Below, one piece after another: positions 22,608 to 33,307 of a stretch of DNA of 64,000 nt. Each line of letters opens with the position of its first letter. Position 1 is the first letter of the stretch. The stretch spans positions 1-64,000 of the forward strand of contig CAVQBA010000005.1 in assembly GCA_963710605.1 (NCBI GenBank), given 5' to 3'. Source of the DNA: an uncultured cyanobacterium (lineage in GTDB: Bacteria; Cyanobacteriota; Cyanobacteriia; Cyanobacteriales; Cyanobacteriaceae). The translations under genes and the position numbers were made by a program. Below the pieces are notes generated by a model. The model was not told where the DNA came from, did no database searches, and worked only from the letters and a program-made list of their open reading frames with translations.

Positions 22608-24976
22608 GTGCGACCTGAACTGATTGACTAAATTGAGGTGTTAAACCTCTCTAGGATTTCTACCCTAGACTCACATAGAGTAATCCGTTATCAAACGGTA
22701 CGTCACATTAAGAGTAAGTAATGAAATTAATGGAGTGCAGACGCTAGAAGTAACCATAGCTGGAAGGAACTATCTGGTGAGGTGCAAGTGGGACAAGTAA
22801 AAGGAAGAACGAAAGTGAAGTTATGATTAAACTGCGTTATTGTAGAATAGGTCAAATTGTTCCTGATAGACCTAAACCAAAAAGGTAAGTGGGCGACATT
22901 TGAGGTTTCGTTTCTCAAATGTGTAGAAACAAAATTCCCACCGCAGAAAAGTAACCTTCCTAATTACTTAATAAACTTTAGTCGATACAACAGGGTAAGC
23001 CCTACAAGGTCTAAAAGGGAAATAAATAAACCAATTAGTAAGCTGATGAGTAATCGAAGCCGAATTCTTTGGAGGGTATAGGATGAGCGAAAAAGCGAAT
23101 GTCAATTTGTAATGAATTGAATAGAGGTTCAAAATTTGCCTCGGACCGAAAGGAAAGCAGAATTCGTTTAGGTCACATATGAAATTGAAAACTTTAGAAG
23201 GATTGGACTCAATGAAAAGTTGGATACATCAACCTGATGTAAATGGACAACGAGAACAATTGACTGATTGGAATCAAATTAATTGGAAGAAAGTCAGGAA
23301 AATTGTTAAATCACTACAGAGAAGAATATTTCGTGCAAGAAAGCTAGAGCAGTGGAAAAATCTACGAAGATTACAGAAGCTGTTAAATAAATCGTATGCC
23401 AACGTATTGCTAAGTGTTAGACAAGTTACACAATTGAATCATGGTAGAAATACTGCAGGGATTGACGAACAAGTAGTTTTAAATCCAGCTGAAAGAGTGA
23501 AGTTTGTCGATAACTGGCAAGAAGAAAAATCGAAACCCACGAAAAGAGTGTACATTCCCAAGTCAAATGGCAAAAGACGACCCCTTGGAATACCGACTGT
23601 AAAAGATAGAGTTGAACAGGCAATAGCTAAGAATTCACTCGAACCTGAATGGGAGGTAATATTCGAGCCTAATTCATATGGGTTCAGAAAAGGAAGAAGT
23701 TGTCAAGATGCAATAGAACAATGTTTCCTTAACTTGAAACAGGGAAGGCATAAGTGGATATTAGATGCGGATATTGAGGGCTTCTTTGATAACGTCAGAC
23801 ATGAAACAGTATTAGAACTAATTGGTTCTCATCCATCGAGAAATAAAATCGAAGGGTGGTTGAAAGCAGGATACACCGAAAATGGAAAACATTATGAGAC
23901 AACCAGAGGAACACCTCAGGGTGGAATCATAAGCCCATTATTAGCAAATATAGGACTACATGGATTAGAAAACCTAATCAGAAAAGTCAAACTGCCAAAA
24001 GACAAATGGGGAAATAGACCTAAATTAGGGTTCTGTCGTTACGCGGATGATTTTATAATCACTGCGGAAAATAAACAAAGGCTCTTGCAGATACAAATAC
24101 TGGTAAATGGTTGGTTAAAAGAAAGAGGCTTGAAATTAAGCACGGAAAAAACACGGATAATCCACATAAATGAAGGGTTTGACTTTCTAGGTTTTAATCT
24201 TCGTCATTATGACGGAAAATTGTTGATTAAACCGCAGAAAGAAAAAGTACTACAATTCTGTAAAGAATTAGGTAAAACTATAAAAACTTGTGCCTCGTGG
24301 AAACAGGAAAATCTAATCGCTAAAATCAACCCTATGTTAAGAGGGTTCGGTAACTATTATAAAGGAGTGGTTAGCAAACGAGTTTATAGCTATATAGATA
24401 GTAGGACATTCAGATATCTTTTAAGGTGGGCGAAACGTAGGCATCCGATGAAGTCTATGACATGGATAAAGAATAGATATTTTCCAAGAAAAGAAAAACA
24501 GGAATGGAACTTTGCGTGTCAGTACGAAGGTAGAAAAGGTAAAAATATAGAGAAAGTTCTGTATGATATCTCGAAAACAAAAATAGTACGTCATGTAAAA
24601 GTAAAAGGGTCTAATTCACCTTTTGACCCAGAACTGTCGGAATATTGGGAGAAACGTCGATGCAAAGAGAATAAACAAATATGGGCAAAGGGTTCATTAT
24701 ATGAAACACTAGCCAAGAATCAAAATTATAAATGCTCTTTGTGCGGTGAATTTATTATCAATGGAGAAGAGACGGAAGTTCATCATATAGTACCTGTGAG
24801 TGAAGAGGGCTTGAATCATATAAGCAACCTAGAACACTTACACAGGAGTTGTCATAAGCAGGTACATGGACGAACTAGTAATCGAGCTTGAAGTGTGGCT
24901 TGAGCCACATGAGCTGAGAGGCTCACGTGTGGTTCTTAGAGGGGTGAGGACTGGTAACAGTTTAATCCTACTCGAC
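22608..24976 (+). mobile_element. Group II intron C nested in the RT gene of intron B (innermost, apparently intact)
   Basis: 5' GTGCGACCTG; domain V GAGCCACATGAGCTGAGAGGCTCACGTGTGGTTC; 3' ACTCGAC; loop TTCGTT (22907-22912) pairs with exon AGCGAA. Confidence 0.93.
23179..24891 (+). CDS. ltrA: Intact intron C RT/maturase/HNH endonuclease
   Basis: RPLGIPTVKDR, GTPQGGIISPLLANI, RYADD, CSLC, HHIVP..NLEHLHRSCH. Confidence 0.93.
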   Translation: MKLKTLEGLDSMKSWIHQPDVNGQREQLTDWNQINWKKVRKIVKSLQRRIFRARKLEQWKNLRRLQKLLNKSYANVLLSVRQVTQLNHGRNTAGIDEQVVLNPAERVKFVDNWQEEKSKPTKRVYIPKSNGKRRPLGIPTVKDRVEQAIAKNSLEPEWEVIFEPNSYGFRKGRSCQDAIEQCFLNLKQGRHKWILDADIEGFFDNVRHETVLELIGSHPSRNKIEGWLKAGYTENGKHYETTRGTPQGGIISPLLANIGLHGLENLIRKVKLPKDKWGNRPKLGFCRYADDFIITAENKQRLLQIQILVNGWLKERGLKLSTEKTRIIHINEGFDFLGFNLRHYDGKLLIKPQKEKVLQFCKELGKTIKTCASWKQENLIAKINPMLRGFGNYYKGVVSKRVYSYIDSRTFRYLLRWAKRRHPMKSMTWIKNRYFPRKEKQEWNFACQYEGRKGKNIEKVLYDISKTKIVRHVKVKGSNSPFDPELSEYWEKRRCKENKQIWAKGSLYETLAKNQNYKCSLCGEFIINGEETEVHHIVPVSEEGLNHISNLEHLHRSCHKQVHGRTSNRA

Positions 24977-26621
24977 TTTATAAAGCGGTTCAAGTTGAAG
25001 ACATGGCGAAAGCTAAACGGCTACAAAGACTAGTCATGAACTCCTTTGGTGCAAGAATGTTAGCAATCCGACAGGTTACTCAACTAAATAAGGGCAAGAA
25101 AACAGCGGGTGTCGATGGTAAAACAGCGTTAAGCTTTGAGGAAAGATTCAACCTTGAAAAAGACCTTAAAAGCAATGCCAAACACTGGAAACATCAGGAA
25201 TTAAGAGAAGTAATTATTCCCAAAAAGAATGGTAAAACTCGTACATTGAAAATTCCTACCATCGCTGAGAGAGCATGGCAATGTTTAATTAAATTCGCAC
25301 TTGAACCAGCTCATGAAGCAACTTTCCATGAAAGAAGCTACGGTTTCAGAACTGGCAGAAGCACTCACGACGCTCAAAAGTATATATATACGAACTTGCA
25401 GAGCAATCACGGCGGTATCCAGAAGCGAGTACTCGAATTAGACATAGAAAAATGTTTTGATAGAATAAATCATGAATCAATACTTACAAGGGTAATATCA
25501 CCCACCTTCATAGTCAACGGATTACGGAGGTGTCTAAAAACAGGTATAAACCCAAAATTCCCCGAACAAGGAACGCCACAAGGAGGAGTGGTCAGTCCGC
25601 TATTAGCAAATATAGCACTAAATGGAATAGAAACCATAGGGCAAAGTGTAAGGTACGCCGATGATATGGTATTCTTCTTGAAACCAAAAGATGATGAGAA
25701 TCTGTTGTTGGAAAAAGTTAGCACATTTCTTGCAGAAAGAGGAATGAATGTCAGTAAAAGTAAGACGAAAGTGACAGCCTCGATAGATGGATTTGACTTC
25801 TTAGGATGGAGATTCTTCGTTCAAAGTAACAACGGAAAGTTTAGAAGTACTCCCTCAGAGGAGAATTTTAAGGCATTCCGAGATAAAGTGAAATTCATCG
25901 TCAATAACTCGAATTATGGAGCACAAATCAAAGCCGAAAAACTCGCATCAGTAGTAAGAGGATGGCGGAACTACCACAAATACTGTAAATTAGACGGCTC
26001 TAAGTTCGACTTATGGGCAACAAAATACAGAACTTTTAAAGTGTTCCTAAAACAAAAAACTATTAACAGGTATCAAGCCTTAAAACTAGTAAAAAAAGCA
26101 TTTCCTGAAATTGGATACAGCGAGAATAAATTTGTAAATGTCAAAGGTAAAAAATCACCATATGATGGAGACCTAACTTACTGGTCAAAAAGAAACAGTG
26201 CCTTATATGACAACGCAACTGCTAAAGCTTTGAAGAAACAAAACCATTCATGCGTCCGATGTGGATTAAAACTCATATCAGATGAAACTATACATTTACA
26301 CCATGTAGATGGAAATCATTCCAACTGGAAAACTAAAAACTTAGAGGCAATTCACCAAAGTTGCCACCAATTGGAACACATGAGCAAAAGCTGTAAAAGC
26401 TAAGATATTCGGGAGCTGTATGCCACGAAAATGGCACGTACAAATCTAACTGAGAGGGTCGGGGCATAATAGCCTCACTCGACTCAACCAGCAAAATTTG
26501 AAGGAACTAGTTATGGTTTTAGACCAGCTCATTCTGCACACGATGCTATCGAAAAGATATTCTCCTCTATCAAACAAAAGCCCAAATGGGTGTTGGATGC
26601 CGATATTGCAAAATGTTTTGA

Positions 26622-28219
26622 GTGCGATTCGTTCAGTCGAAACCTAGAGATAGGGGGATGACTGGCAAGACTACTAAGTAACCCTTGGGTTGAGTTCGCA
26701 CTTTAATCCTTAGTAGTTTAAACCTTGACAACTTCATAGTCTTATAGGTGAGTATGAGTACCCTAGAAAATACAAGTCCTATCTTTCAGACGCAGAAATG
26801 AAAACAATTTCCTTACGGTAGCGACTAGCCATCAATCCGTAAAGCAGGAAATAAAGCGGAAACAACGACTATTAGCCTAAAATGGTCAACCGTAAGTAAG
26901 TCTGTATGGATAACAAAAGTGAAGTCACTGTCAGATTTATCGTGAATTTTAGGTAGTGAAAAGGCTGATACACTACTTGAACCAAAATGGTCATAAGAAA
27001 AGGGTGAGATAAGAAATCGAATCTATATCTCAAGCATTACCCTAAAACTCGGTAAAGAGGTGACATCCTAACCAGACAAAACAAAGACAATGAGGAACGA
27101 AGTAACCACTTTATTACTCTCCTATTCTTGGTCAAAGGACAGCGTAGCACTCAGCTAAGACGTAAAATATGTAGCAATACAGGTAGTAGAGTGTGAAGAT
27201 TGGGTTAAAAGCCAAAGCCTACTGTAATAGGTAGGATATGCAGACGAACCCACGATGATATGGAATAAATAGCTGTAATTCAAGAGTACATACATTATGA
27301 CCACTGATTCAAAACAGAAGGATAAATTAAATAACTGGCGTGACATCAAATAGAAAGATGTAGAACGTCAGGTATGGAAGCTCCAAACACGGATATTTAA
27401 AGCATCTCGTTGTGGTGATGTCGTAAAGGTACATAAACTCCAAAGATTGTTGTTAAGTTCAAACAATGCGAAATTACTTGCCGTTAGAAAAGTGACTCAA
27501 GATAATTCAGGTAAAAAGACAGCAGGAGTGGATGGGGTTAAATCACTGTCCCCAGTAGCACGTCTGAGACTTGTAAAACAACTCAAATTGGGTTTGAAAG
27601 CGAGACCAACCCGTAGAGTATGGATACCCAAACCAAACGGGGAAAAAAGACCGCTCGGAATACCAATCATGAGAGATAGAGCATTACAGGCATTAGTTAA
27701 ACTAGCATTAGAACCCGAATGGGAGGCACTCTTTGAACCAAATAGTTATGGATTCAGAATTGGTCGCTCGTGTCACGATGCCATTGAAGCTATCTATTGT
27801 GCCATCAATAAGAAGTCAAAATATGTCTTAGATGCTGACATTACAAAGTATTTTGAACGTATCAATCATAAAAAATTATTGGAAAAGGTTAACACCTATC
27901 CAACAATGAGAAGACAATTAAAACAATGGCTTTGTAGTGGCGTAATGGACGGTAAGAATTTATTTTCAACAACTGAAAGAACACCGCAAGGCGGATTTAT
28001 TTCACCCCTTTTAGCAAACATAGCGTTACACGGATTAGAAGACTTAATCATGAATCTTGCTCCTAAATTCAATATGAAGGATAAAAGAGGAAGACAATTA
28101 GGTAAAAGAGATAAGTTAAAATCTATCTCACTAATTCGATATGCTGATGACTTTGTTTGTCTTCATGAGGATAAAGAAGTAATTAATTCGGTAAAAAAGG
28201 AAATAGAAATATGGTTAAA
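26622..28219 (+). mobile_element. Group II intron D (5' part) in the RT gene of intron A; RT ORF from 27297 has a TAG at 27351 and is cut off by the IS
   Basis: 5' GTGCGATTCG directly after DADIAKCF-GA; loop TCGAAT (27017-27022) pairs 5/6 with exon TTTTGA; RT0 to YADD present. Confidence 0.88.
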
Positions 28220-29379
28220 AGACATCTCCAAAATATAATATTATCAAAAAATTAGTATAATAACTTTGACTTATAAAGTAAAAAATATGAAAGATAATGA
28301 ATAATTATACTTGTAACTATATTCAAAAACATCCTCAAGAAACAAAAAGACTATTAGGTATTAATTATCAACAGTTACAAGACTTAATAAAATATCTGAA
28401 ATTACTAGAAAAACAAGAAAGAAAAAAACAAGAACAAAAGAAAATTAGGATCAATAAAGCTGGAGGTGGAAGGGATGAAAAAATAAGCGAAGAAGAACAA
28501 ATAATAATGACTTTAATTTATCTAAGACATCATCTTAATTTTCAATTATTAGGATTAATGTTTCAAGTAAGTGAAAGTACCGCCAATAATATTTTTCACA
28601 AATGGCAAAAATTATTAGAATTAGCTTTACCGTTTTCATTGTTAGAACAAGTAAAAAAGTGCGAAGAAAGCCTCGAAAAAATTCAAGAAATATTAACTGA
28701 TTATGAACTAATTGTAGATACCTCAGAGCAAGAAATAGAGAGGAGTATAGACTATGAACAACAAAAAAAGTATTATTCAGGTAAGAAAAAGATGCATACT
28801 GTAAAAAATCAGATAATTTGTCTGTCCAAAAGCAGAAGATATAGTTGATTTGGTTTCAGGAGAACGAGGATCAAAAGCCGATTTAACAATTTTTTGGCGA
28901 GAAAATATTGATAAGTTTGAGCTCAACCAGAAGTTTAGTGGGGATAAAGCTTATGTAGGCGAACGACAAATGAAAAACTCCGAAAAAGAAACCAAAAAAT
29001 CGAGAATTAACATCACAAGAAATGGAGAAAAACAAAAATATATCTTCTGAGAGAATATTTGTCGAGCATCTAATTAGAATAATCAAAATATTCAAGGTAA
29101 CAGGAGAAAAATTTAGGTTGAAAAAAGAAGAATATCAATCAGTTTTTTTAAGCGTTTGTGGATTAGTAAGATTAAGAATGGGAACTCTAATAATTAAACA
29201 TCCGAAAACGAGTGAAATTGAAAAAATAAATGATGTTAAGTTAAGCCATATTTTTTCATTAAAATTAAATTTTCTTTGATTTTTAACGAAGTAATAAGGG
29301 TTAAACAAAGCGATCGCTACGAGCGTAAAATAGTTGTAAATGCTTATAATGAAAGGTTTACAAATTTTTGGAGATGTCT
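28220..29379 (+). mobile_element. IS5-family-like insertion sequence remnant with frameshifted transposase (28297-29279)
   Basis: 14-bp inverted repeats AGACATCTCCAAAA / TTTTGGAGATGTCT; HTH (LGLMFQVSESTA), IVDTSEQ, YYSGKKKMHT, GDKAYVG and RIFVEH spread over three ORFs. Confidence 0.85.
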
Positions 29380-29413
29380 AATAATGTAGTAATGACAATA
29401 CCCATGTTATTGA

Positions 29414-29713
29414 GGAGTGGTATCACCCTTACTAGCTAATATAGCCCTTCACGGTATGGAAAACGAAATCAAAAAGTACGCCAGAACATTAAAAGGAAAT
29501 AAATCAAAAAATGAATCGTCTCTGAGTTTAATCAGATATGCTGACGATTTTGTTATCCTACATCCAAAAAAAGAAGTAATTTTTGAATGTAAACAAATAA
29601 TAGAAAGATGGCTTCAAGACAAGAAACTAATTAGAGAGGAGCGAGGTGAGGGGAAACTTTCATGCCTCGTTTTGAAGACGAGTCAGAATGGTGACGTTCT
29701 GGCTTAGTTTAAC
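29414..29713 (+). mobile_element. Remnant of a fifth group II intron E (RT4-5 fragment fused to domains V-VI)
   Basis: SPLLANIALHG..IRYADD differs from the intron D copy; domain V GAGCGAGGTGAGGGGAAACTTTCATGCCTCGTTTT; 3' end GTTTAAC. Confidence 0.75.
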
Positions 29714-30380
29714 CGTAACGTTTTGAATGGGAGTTTAGGATGGTGACATCCTATTAGGCCTCCCCTAATGTCTTCATGTCAGGCATTTTAGGCTATTTAC
29801 TGGTCAACCAGTAGTTTTAGTTCCCAATCCTCAATTATTGCCAAAGTTCGTGCAATATACGAATATAGCATGAAAGATAAAGACAATATAAATCTACATG
29901 AAATATAAATAGGATTTTGCCGATGATGTATTTGTAGATAAAATATCAGTCAACAGATTACGATAAAATAAGTACTTGTACAAAATTATTTGTAGATTTT
30001 ATTATAGAGGTATCCATGTTTGCACCCTCTATCTAGTAAAATCACATCGATATAAAAAATTTATGATGATATATAATTAATTTTATTTACCTACTTATGA
30101 GGCAAATTTTGATGATAGTTTTTGCTCATAGTTGGAAATGAGTCGATAATTTAGACATCTAGTAAAATCATTTTTAGTGTTTTGATTATTTTTCATTGTA
30201 TGATGATAATTCTATCGAGTTTTTTATAACTTGTGTCAATACAAAGTACTAGTAAGAGAATTAATCATAGTTAATCGCTAATAACGAAATATCTTAATAG
30301 CTTAAATGGTATATTAGTAATTAGTAATTGTTATAGTTTTTATTTTTAAGTCACCCTCCACCGACAATGAATTTATAATC

Positions 30381-31265
30381 ATGACGACTAAATTACAAAA
30401 AGCGATCGCAAACAAAGAATTTGTGATTACCGCTGAAGTCACACCACCAAAAGGGGGAAACCCTCAAAGGATGTTAGAAGTGGCTCAGTTACTTAAAGAT
30501 AGAGTTCATGGTATCAATATTACCGATGGTAGCAGAGCCGTGTTAAGAATGTCTTCTATTGCCGCTTGTGCCTTACTTAAACAAAATGATATTGAACCAA
30601 TTTGTCAGGTGACAGGTAGAGATAGAAATTCGATCGCATTACAAGGAGATTTAATGGGGGCTTATAGCCTCGGTATTCGTAATATTTTAGCCTTAACAGG
30701 TGATCCGATCAAAGCAGGTGATCATCATCAAGCTAAGGGGGTTTTTGAACTAGAATCTGTTCGTTTATTACAACTAATGAACAAATTAAACTCAGGTTTT
30801 GATTTGAATGATAAACCTTTATGTGATGGTCATTTGGACTTGTTTACAGGGGCGGCAGTCGATCCACAATCAAAAAGTTGGTCTGGTTTACAACGTCGAT
30901 TCGATCGTAAATTAATGGCAGGAGCAAAGTTTTTTCAAAGTCAATTAATTAGTGATTTTGATAAATTAGATCGATTTATGAATCAAATTGCTGTTGGTTG
31001 CGATCGACCTATTCTAGCAGGTATATTCTTATTAAAAAGTGCTAAAAATGCTCGTTTTTTAAATGCTAAAGTACCCGGTGTTCAAATACCAGAACATATA
31101 ATTTTGAGATTAGAAAAAGCTAATAATCCTTTAGAAGAAGGTATTAATATCGCCGCAGAGCAAGTGAAAATGGCTCAAGATATTTGTCAGGGAGTACATT
31201 TAATGGCTGTTAAAAAAGAAGAATTAATTCCGCAAATTTTAGATCAAGCTAATTTAAAACAATAG
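30381..31265 (+). CDS. metF: Methylenetetrahydrofolate reductase
   Basis: TAEVTPPKG, GRDRN, LALTGDP, GAKFFQSQ. Confidence 0.9.
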   Translation: MTTKLQKAIANKEFVITAEVTPPKGGNPQRMLEVAQLLKDRVHGINITDGSRAVLRMSSIAACALLKQNDIEPICQVTGRDRNSIALQGDLMGAYSLGIRNILALTGDPIKAGDHHQAKGVFELESVRLLQLMNKLNSGFDLNDKPLCDGHLDLFTGAAVDPQSKSWSGLQRRFDRKLMAGAKFFQSQLISDFDKLDRFMNQIAVGCDRPILAGIFLLKSAKNARFLNAKVPGVQIPEHIILRLEKANNPLEEGINIAAEQVKMAQDICQGVHLMAVKKEELIPQILDQANLKQ

Positions 31266-31804
31266 ATATTAAATAATATTTACTATTTGTTTTTGAACTA
31301 TTTTCTTATTTTTTATGTTTGTAAATCACGAGGATTTTATCGACTAATTTATCGATTATTAAACTAAGTTTATGGACAAAAGTTCAATTGTTTGGCGTAA
31401 ATTGATATTGCTGAGTTGTCTTGCCATTTTTCTTGAGTTTGTTGGCTAATCATTTGTCTCAACCTAAAAAGCTTTTAATCGCTTACTTAAGGCTTTTAAC
31501 ATTTTACCTGTTTTAATAGCAACAAAAGACTGACTGTAATGTAAATGTTGCTTCTACAAAACTAACCTTTACCCTTTGCTCTTTGCACGAGTGCCCTTTG
31601 TTGACCAACTGTATATGAAAACAAAACTCGATCGTAATTAAAAAATAGTAAAATATAAAAATAAATATTATGTATAATTACTGATAAATCTGTTGTTAAT
31701 TGTTAATTCTCAATTGATTAGTTGACCTTTGACTGATAAGATAGCAAACAATAGTAAAAATTACTAATATAAGTAAAATTTGGTTTCACATATAGAGGAA
31801 AATT

Positions 31805-32809
31805 ATGACTCAAGATAGAGTAGTAATTATTGGTGTAGCAGGAGATTCTGGTTGCGGAAAATCTACCTTTCTACGCCGTTTAGAAGATTTATTTGGTAAA
31901 GAATTTATGACAGTTATCTGTTTAGATGACTATCATAGTCTCAATCGTGTAGGAAGAAAAGAAGCTGGTGTAACCGCATTAAACCCCGAAGCTAACAACT
32001 TCGATTTAATGGCAGAGCAAATTAAAGATTTAAAAAACGGCAAAGGTATTGATAAACCTATTTATAACCATGATAATGGTAAGTTAGAAGGTCCTGAGAG
32101 AGTCGAACCTAACAAAGTAATCGTAATCGAAGGTTTACACCCTTTATATGACAAAAGAGTTAGAGATTTAGTTGATTTTAGTGTCTATCTTGATATTGGT
32201 GAAGAAGTTAAGATTCAATGGAAAATTCAACGTGATATGGCAGAGCGTGGTCATACTTACGAAGATGTACTTGCTTCAATTAATGCGAGAAAACCCGATT
32301 TTACAGCTTATATTGAAGTTCAAAAACAATATGCTGATATTGTGCTTCAAGTATTACCAACTGAATTAATTGAGGATAAAGAAGCTAAAATACTTAGAGT
32401 TCGTTTAATTGAAAAAGAAGGTATCGAACATTTTGATCCTACCTATTTATTTGACGAAGGTTCAACAATCGATTGGCGTCCTTGTGGACGTAAATTAACC
32501 TGTGCTTATCCCGGTCTAAAAATGTATTATGGACCTGATAACTACATGGGTAATGAAGTTTCCATCCTTGAAATTGATGGTCAATTTGATAACTTAGAAG
32601 AAATTATTTACGTTGAAAGTCACTTAAGTCGTACAGGTACTAAATACTACGGCGAGATGACTGAACTATTACTCAAACATAAAGATTACCCCGGTTCTAA
32701 TAACGGGACTGGTTTATTCCAAGTTTTAGTTGGTTTAAAAATGCGTGAAACATATGAAGAATTGACTGGTACACTTTCTAAGCCAAATTCTGAAATCGCT
32801 CAAGTGTAA
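31805..32809 (+). CDS. prk: Phosphoribulokinase
   Basis: GVAGDSGCGKST, ICLDDYH, KIQRDMAERGH. Confidence 0.98.
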   Translation: MTQDRVVIIGVAGDSGCGKSTFLRRLEDLFGKEFMTVICLDDYHSLNRVGRKEAGVTALNPEANNFDLMAEQIKDLKNGKGIDKPIYNHDNGKLEGPERVEPNKVIVIEGLHPLYDKRVRDLVDFSVYLDIGEEVKIQWKIQRDMAERGHTYEDVLASINARKPDFTAYIEVQKQYADIVLQVLPTELIEDKEAKILRVRLIEKEGIEHFDPTYLFDEGSTIDWRPCGRKLTCAYPGLKMYYGPDNYMGNEVSILEIDGQFDNLEEIIYVESHLSRTGTKYYGEMTELLLKHKDYPGSNNGTGLFQVLVGLKMRETYEELTGTLSKPNSEIAQV

Positions 32810-32843
32810 TTTTTTCTTATTTCCAAAAATCTTAAAAAAAAGT

Positions 32844-32886
32844 TGTGGCTAATTATTTTATGACGAGTAATTAGTCACATTTTTTA
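32844..32886 (+). terminator. Intrinsic terminator after prk
   Basis: Stem TGTGGCTAATTA / TAATTAGTCACA followed by a T tract. Confidence 0.65.
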
Positions 32887-33307
32887 TGCTATAACACTTC
32901 TACAAATACCTATATAACAATAGTTTTAGTGTTTTTATCTATCGTAACTATAATAGCGACTACTATAAAAATTATTATTGAAAATTGTTGCTATCTAATT
33001 AAAATATGTAATATTGTTGAAAATTTAAAATTATTGTTTTTAGCTTAATTTCAAATTAATCAGTTGATTCGTAGTTTAAAGGTCTGTGTTGAGTAGATTA
33101 TGGTTTATCAATTCTATTACCTATCTTCTAAACCATAAAAAAATTTAAGGTTGATAATTATTTTTATTCATTATTACTAAATATTCTCAATTATTGTTAA
33201 TTAGTTATTAATAATTAATCCTAAATTTTTATTTTATTTTTTACAATATAGATATTATTTAACTATAATTAAATAATAAATAATAAAAGCTAATTAAACA
33301 GTTATTG

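Larger units (their letters stand above)
22520..26403 (+). pseudogene. ltrA: Intron B RT/maturase/HNH, split by intron C (22520-22607 + 24977-26403); N-terminal part has indels
   Basis: Junction LQKR-I-YKAVQ is in frame with ORF 25003-26403 (GTPQGG, RYADD, HNH); an A9 run gives an early TAG. Confidence 0.85.
21955..26489 (+). mobile_element. Group II intron B nested in the RT gene of intron A
   Basis: 5' GGGCGATTCG; domain V GAGCTGTATGCCACGAAAATGGCACGTACAAATC; 3' GACTCAACC; hairpin loop TCCCAG (22299-22304) is complementary to upstream exon CTGGGA. Confidence 0.9.
20867..29769 (+). mobile_element. Outer group II intron A (degenerate) containing nested introns B, C, D, E and an IS
   Basis: 5' GTGCAATTCG; 3' CCCCTAAT; removal restores ACT GAA C|GT CTT CAT (TERLH); RT pieces at ~21522-21954 and 26490-26621 join as EPYWE|AKFEGTSYGFRP. 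Confidence 0.85.
17461..29908 (+). pseudogene. Polysaccharide pyruvyl-transferase-like gene in four pieces: 17461-17544, 19992-20170, 20332-20866, 29770-29908
   Basis: Joined pieces give GN|YGDDLI, NGGG, FARE, DLAF and TE-R|LHV motifs; early stop codons and frameshifts; lies downstream of the GT4 gene. Confidence 0.8.

Noticed and set aside
11440-29707. Cluster of RT genes read as a retron, DGR, Abi or CRISPR-associated RT system
   Set aside because: The RT genes have group II features (RT0, domain X, HNH where complete) and sit within GUGYG-like starts or domain V/VI ends; I saw no template/variable repeat pair, cas genes or msr-msd.
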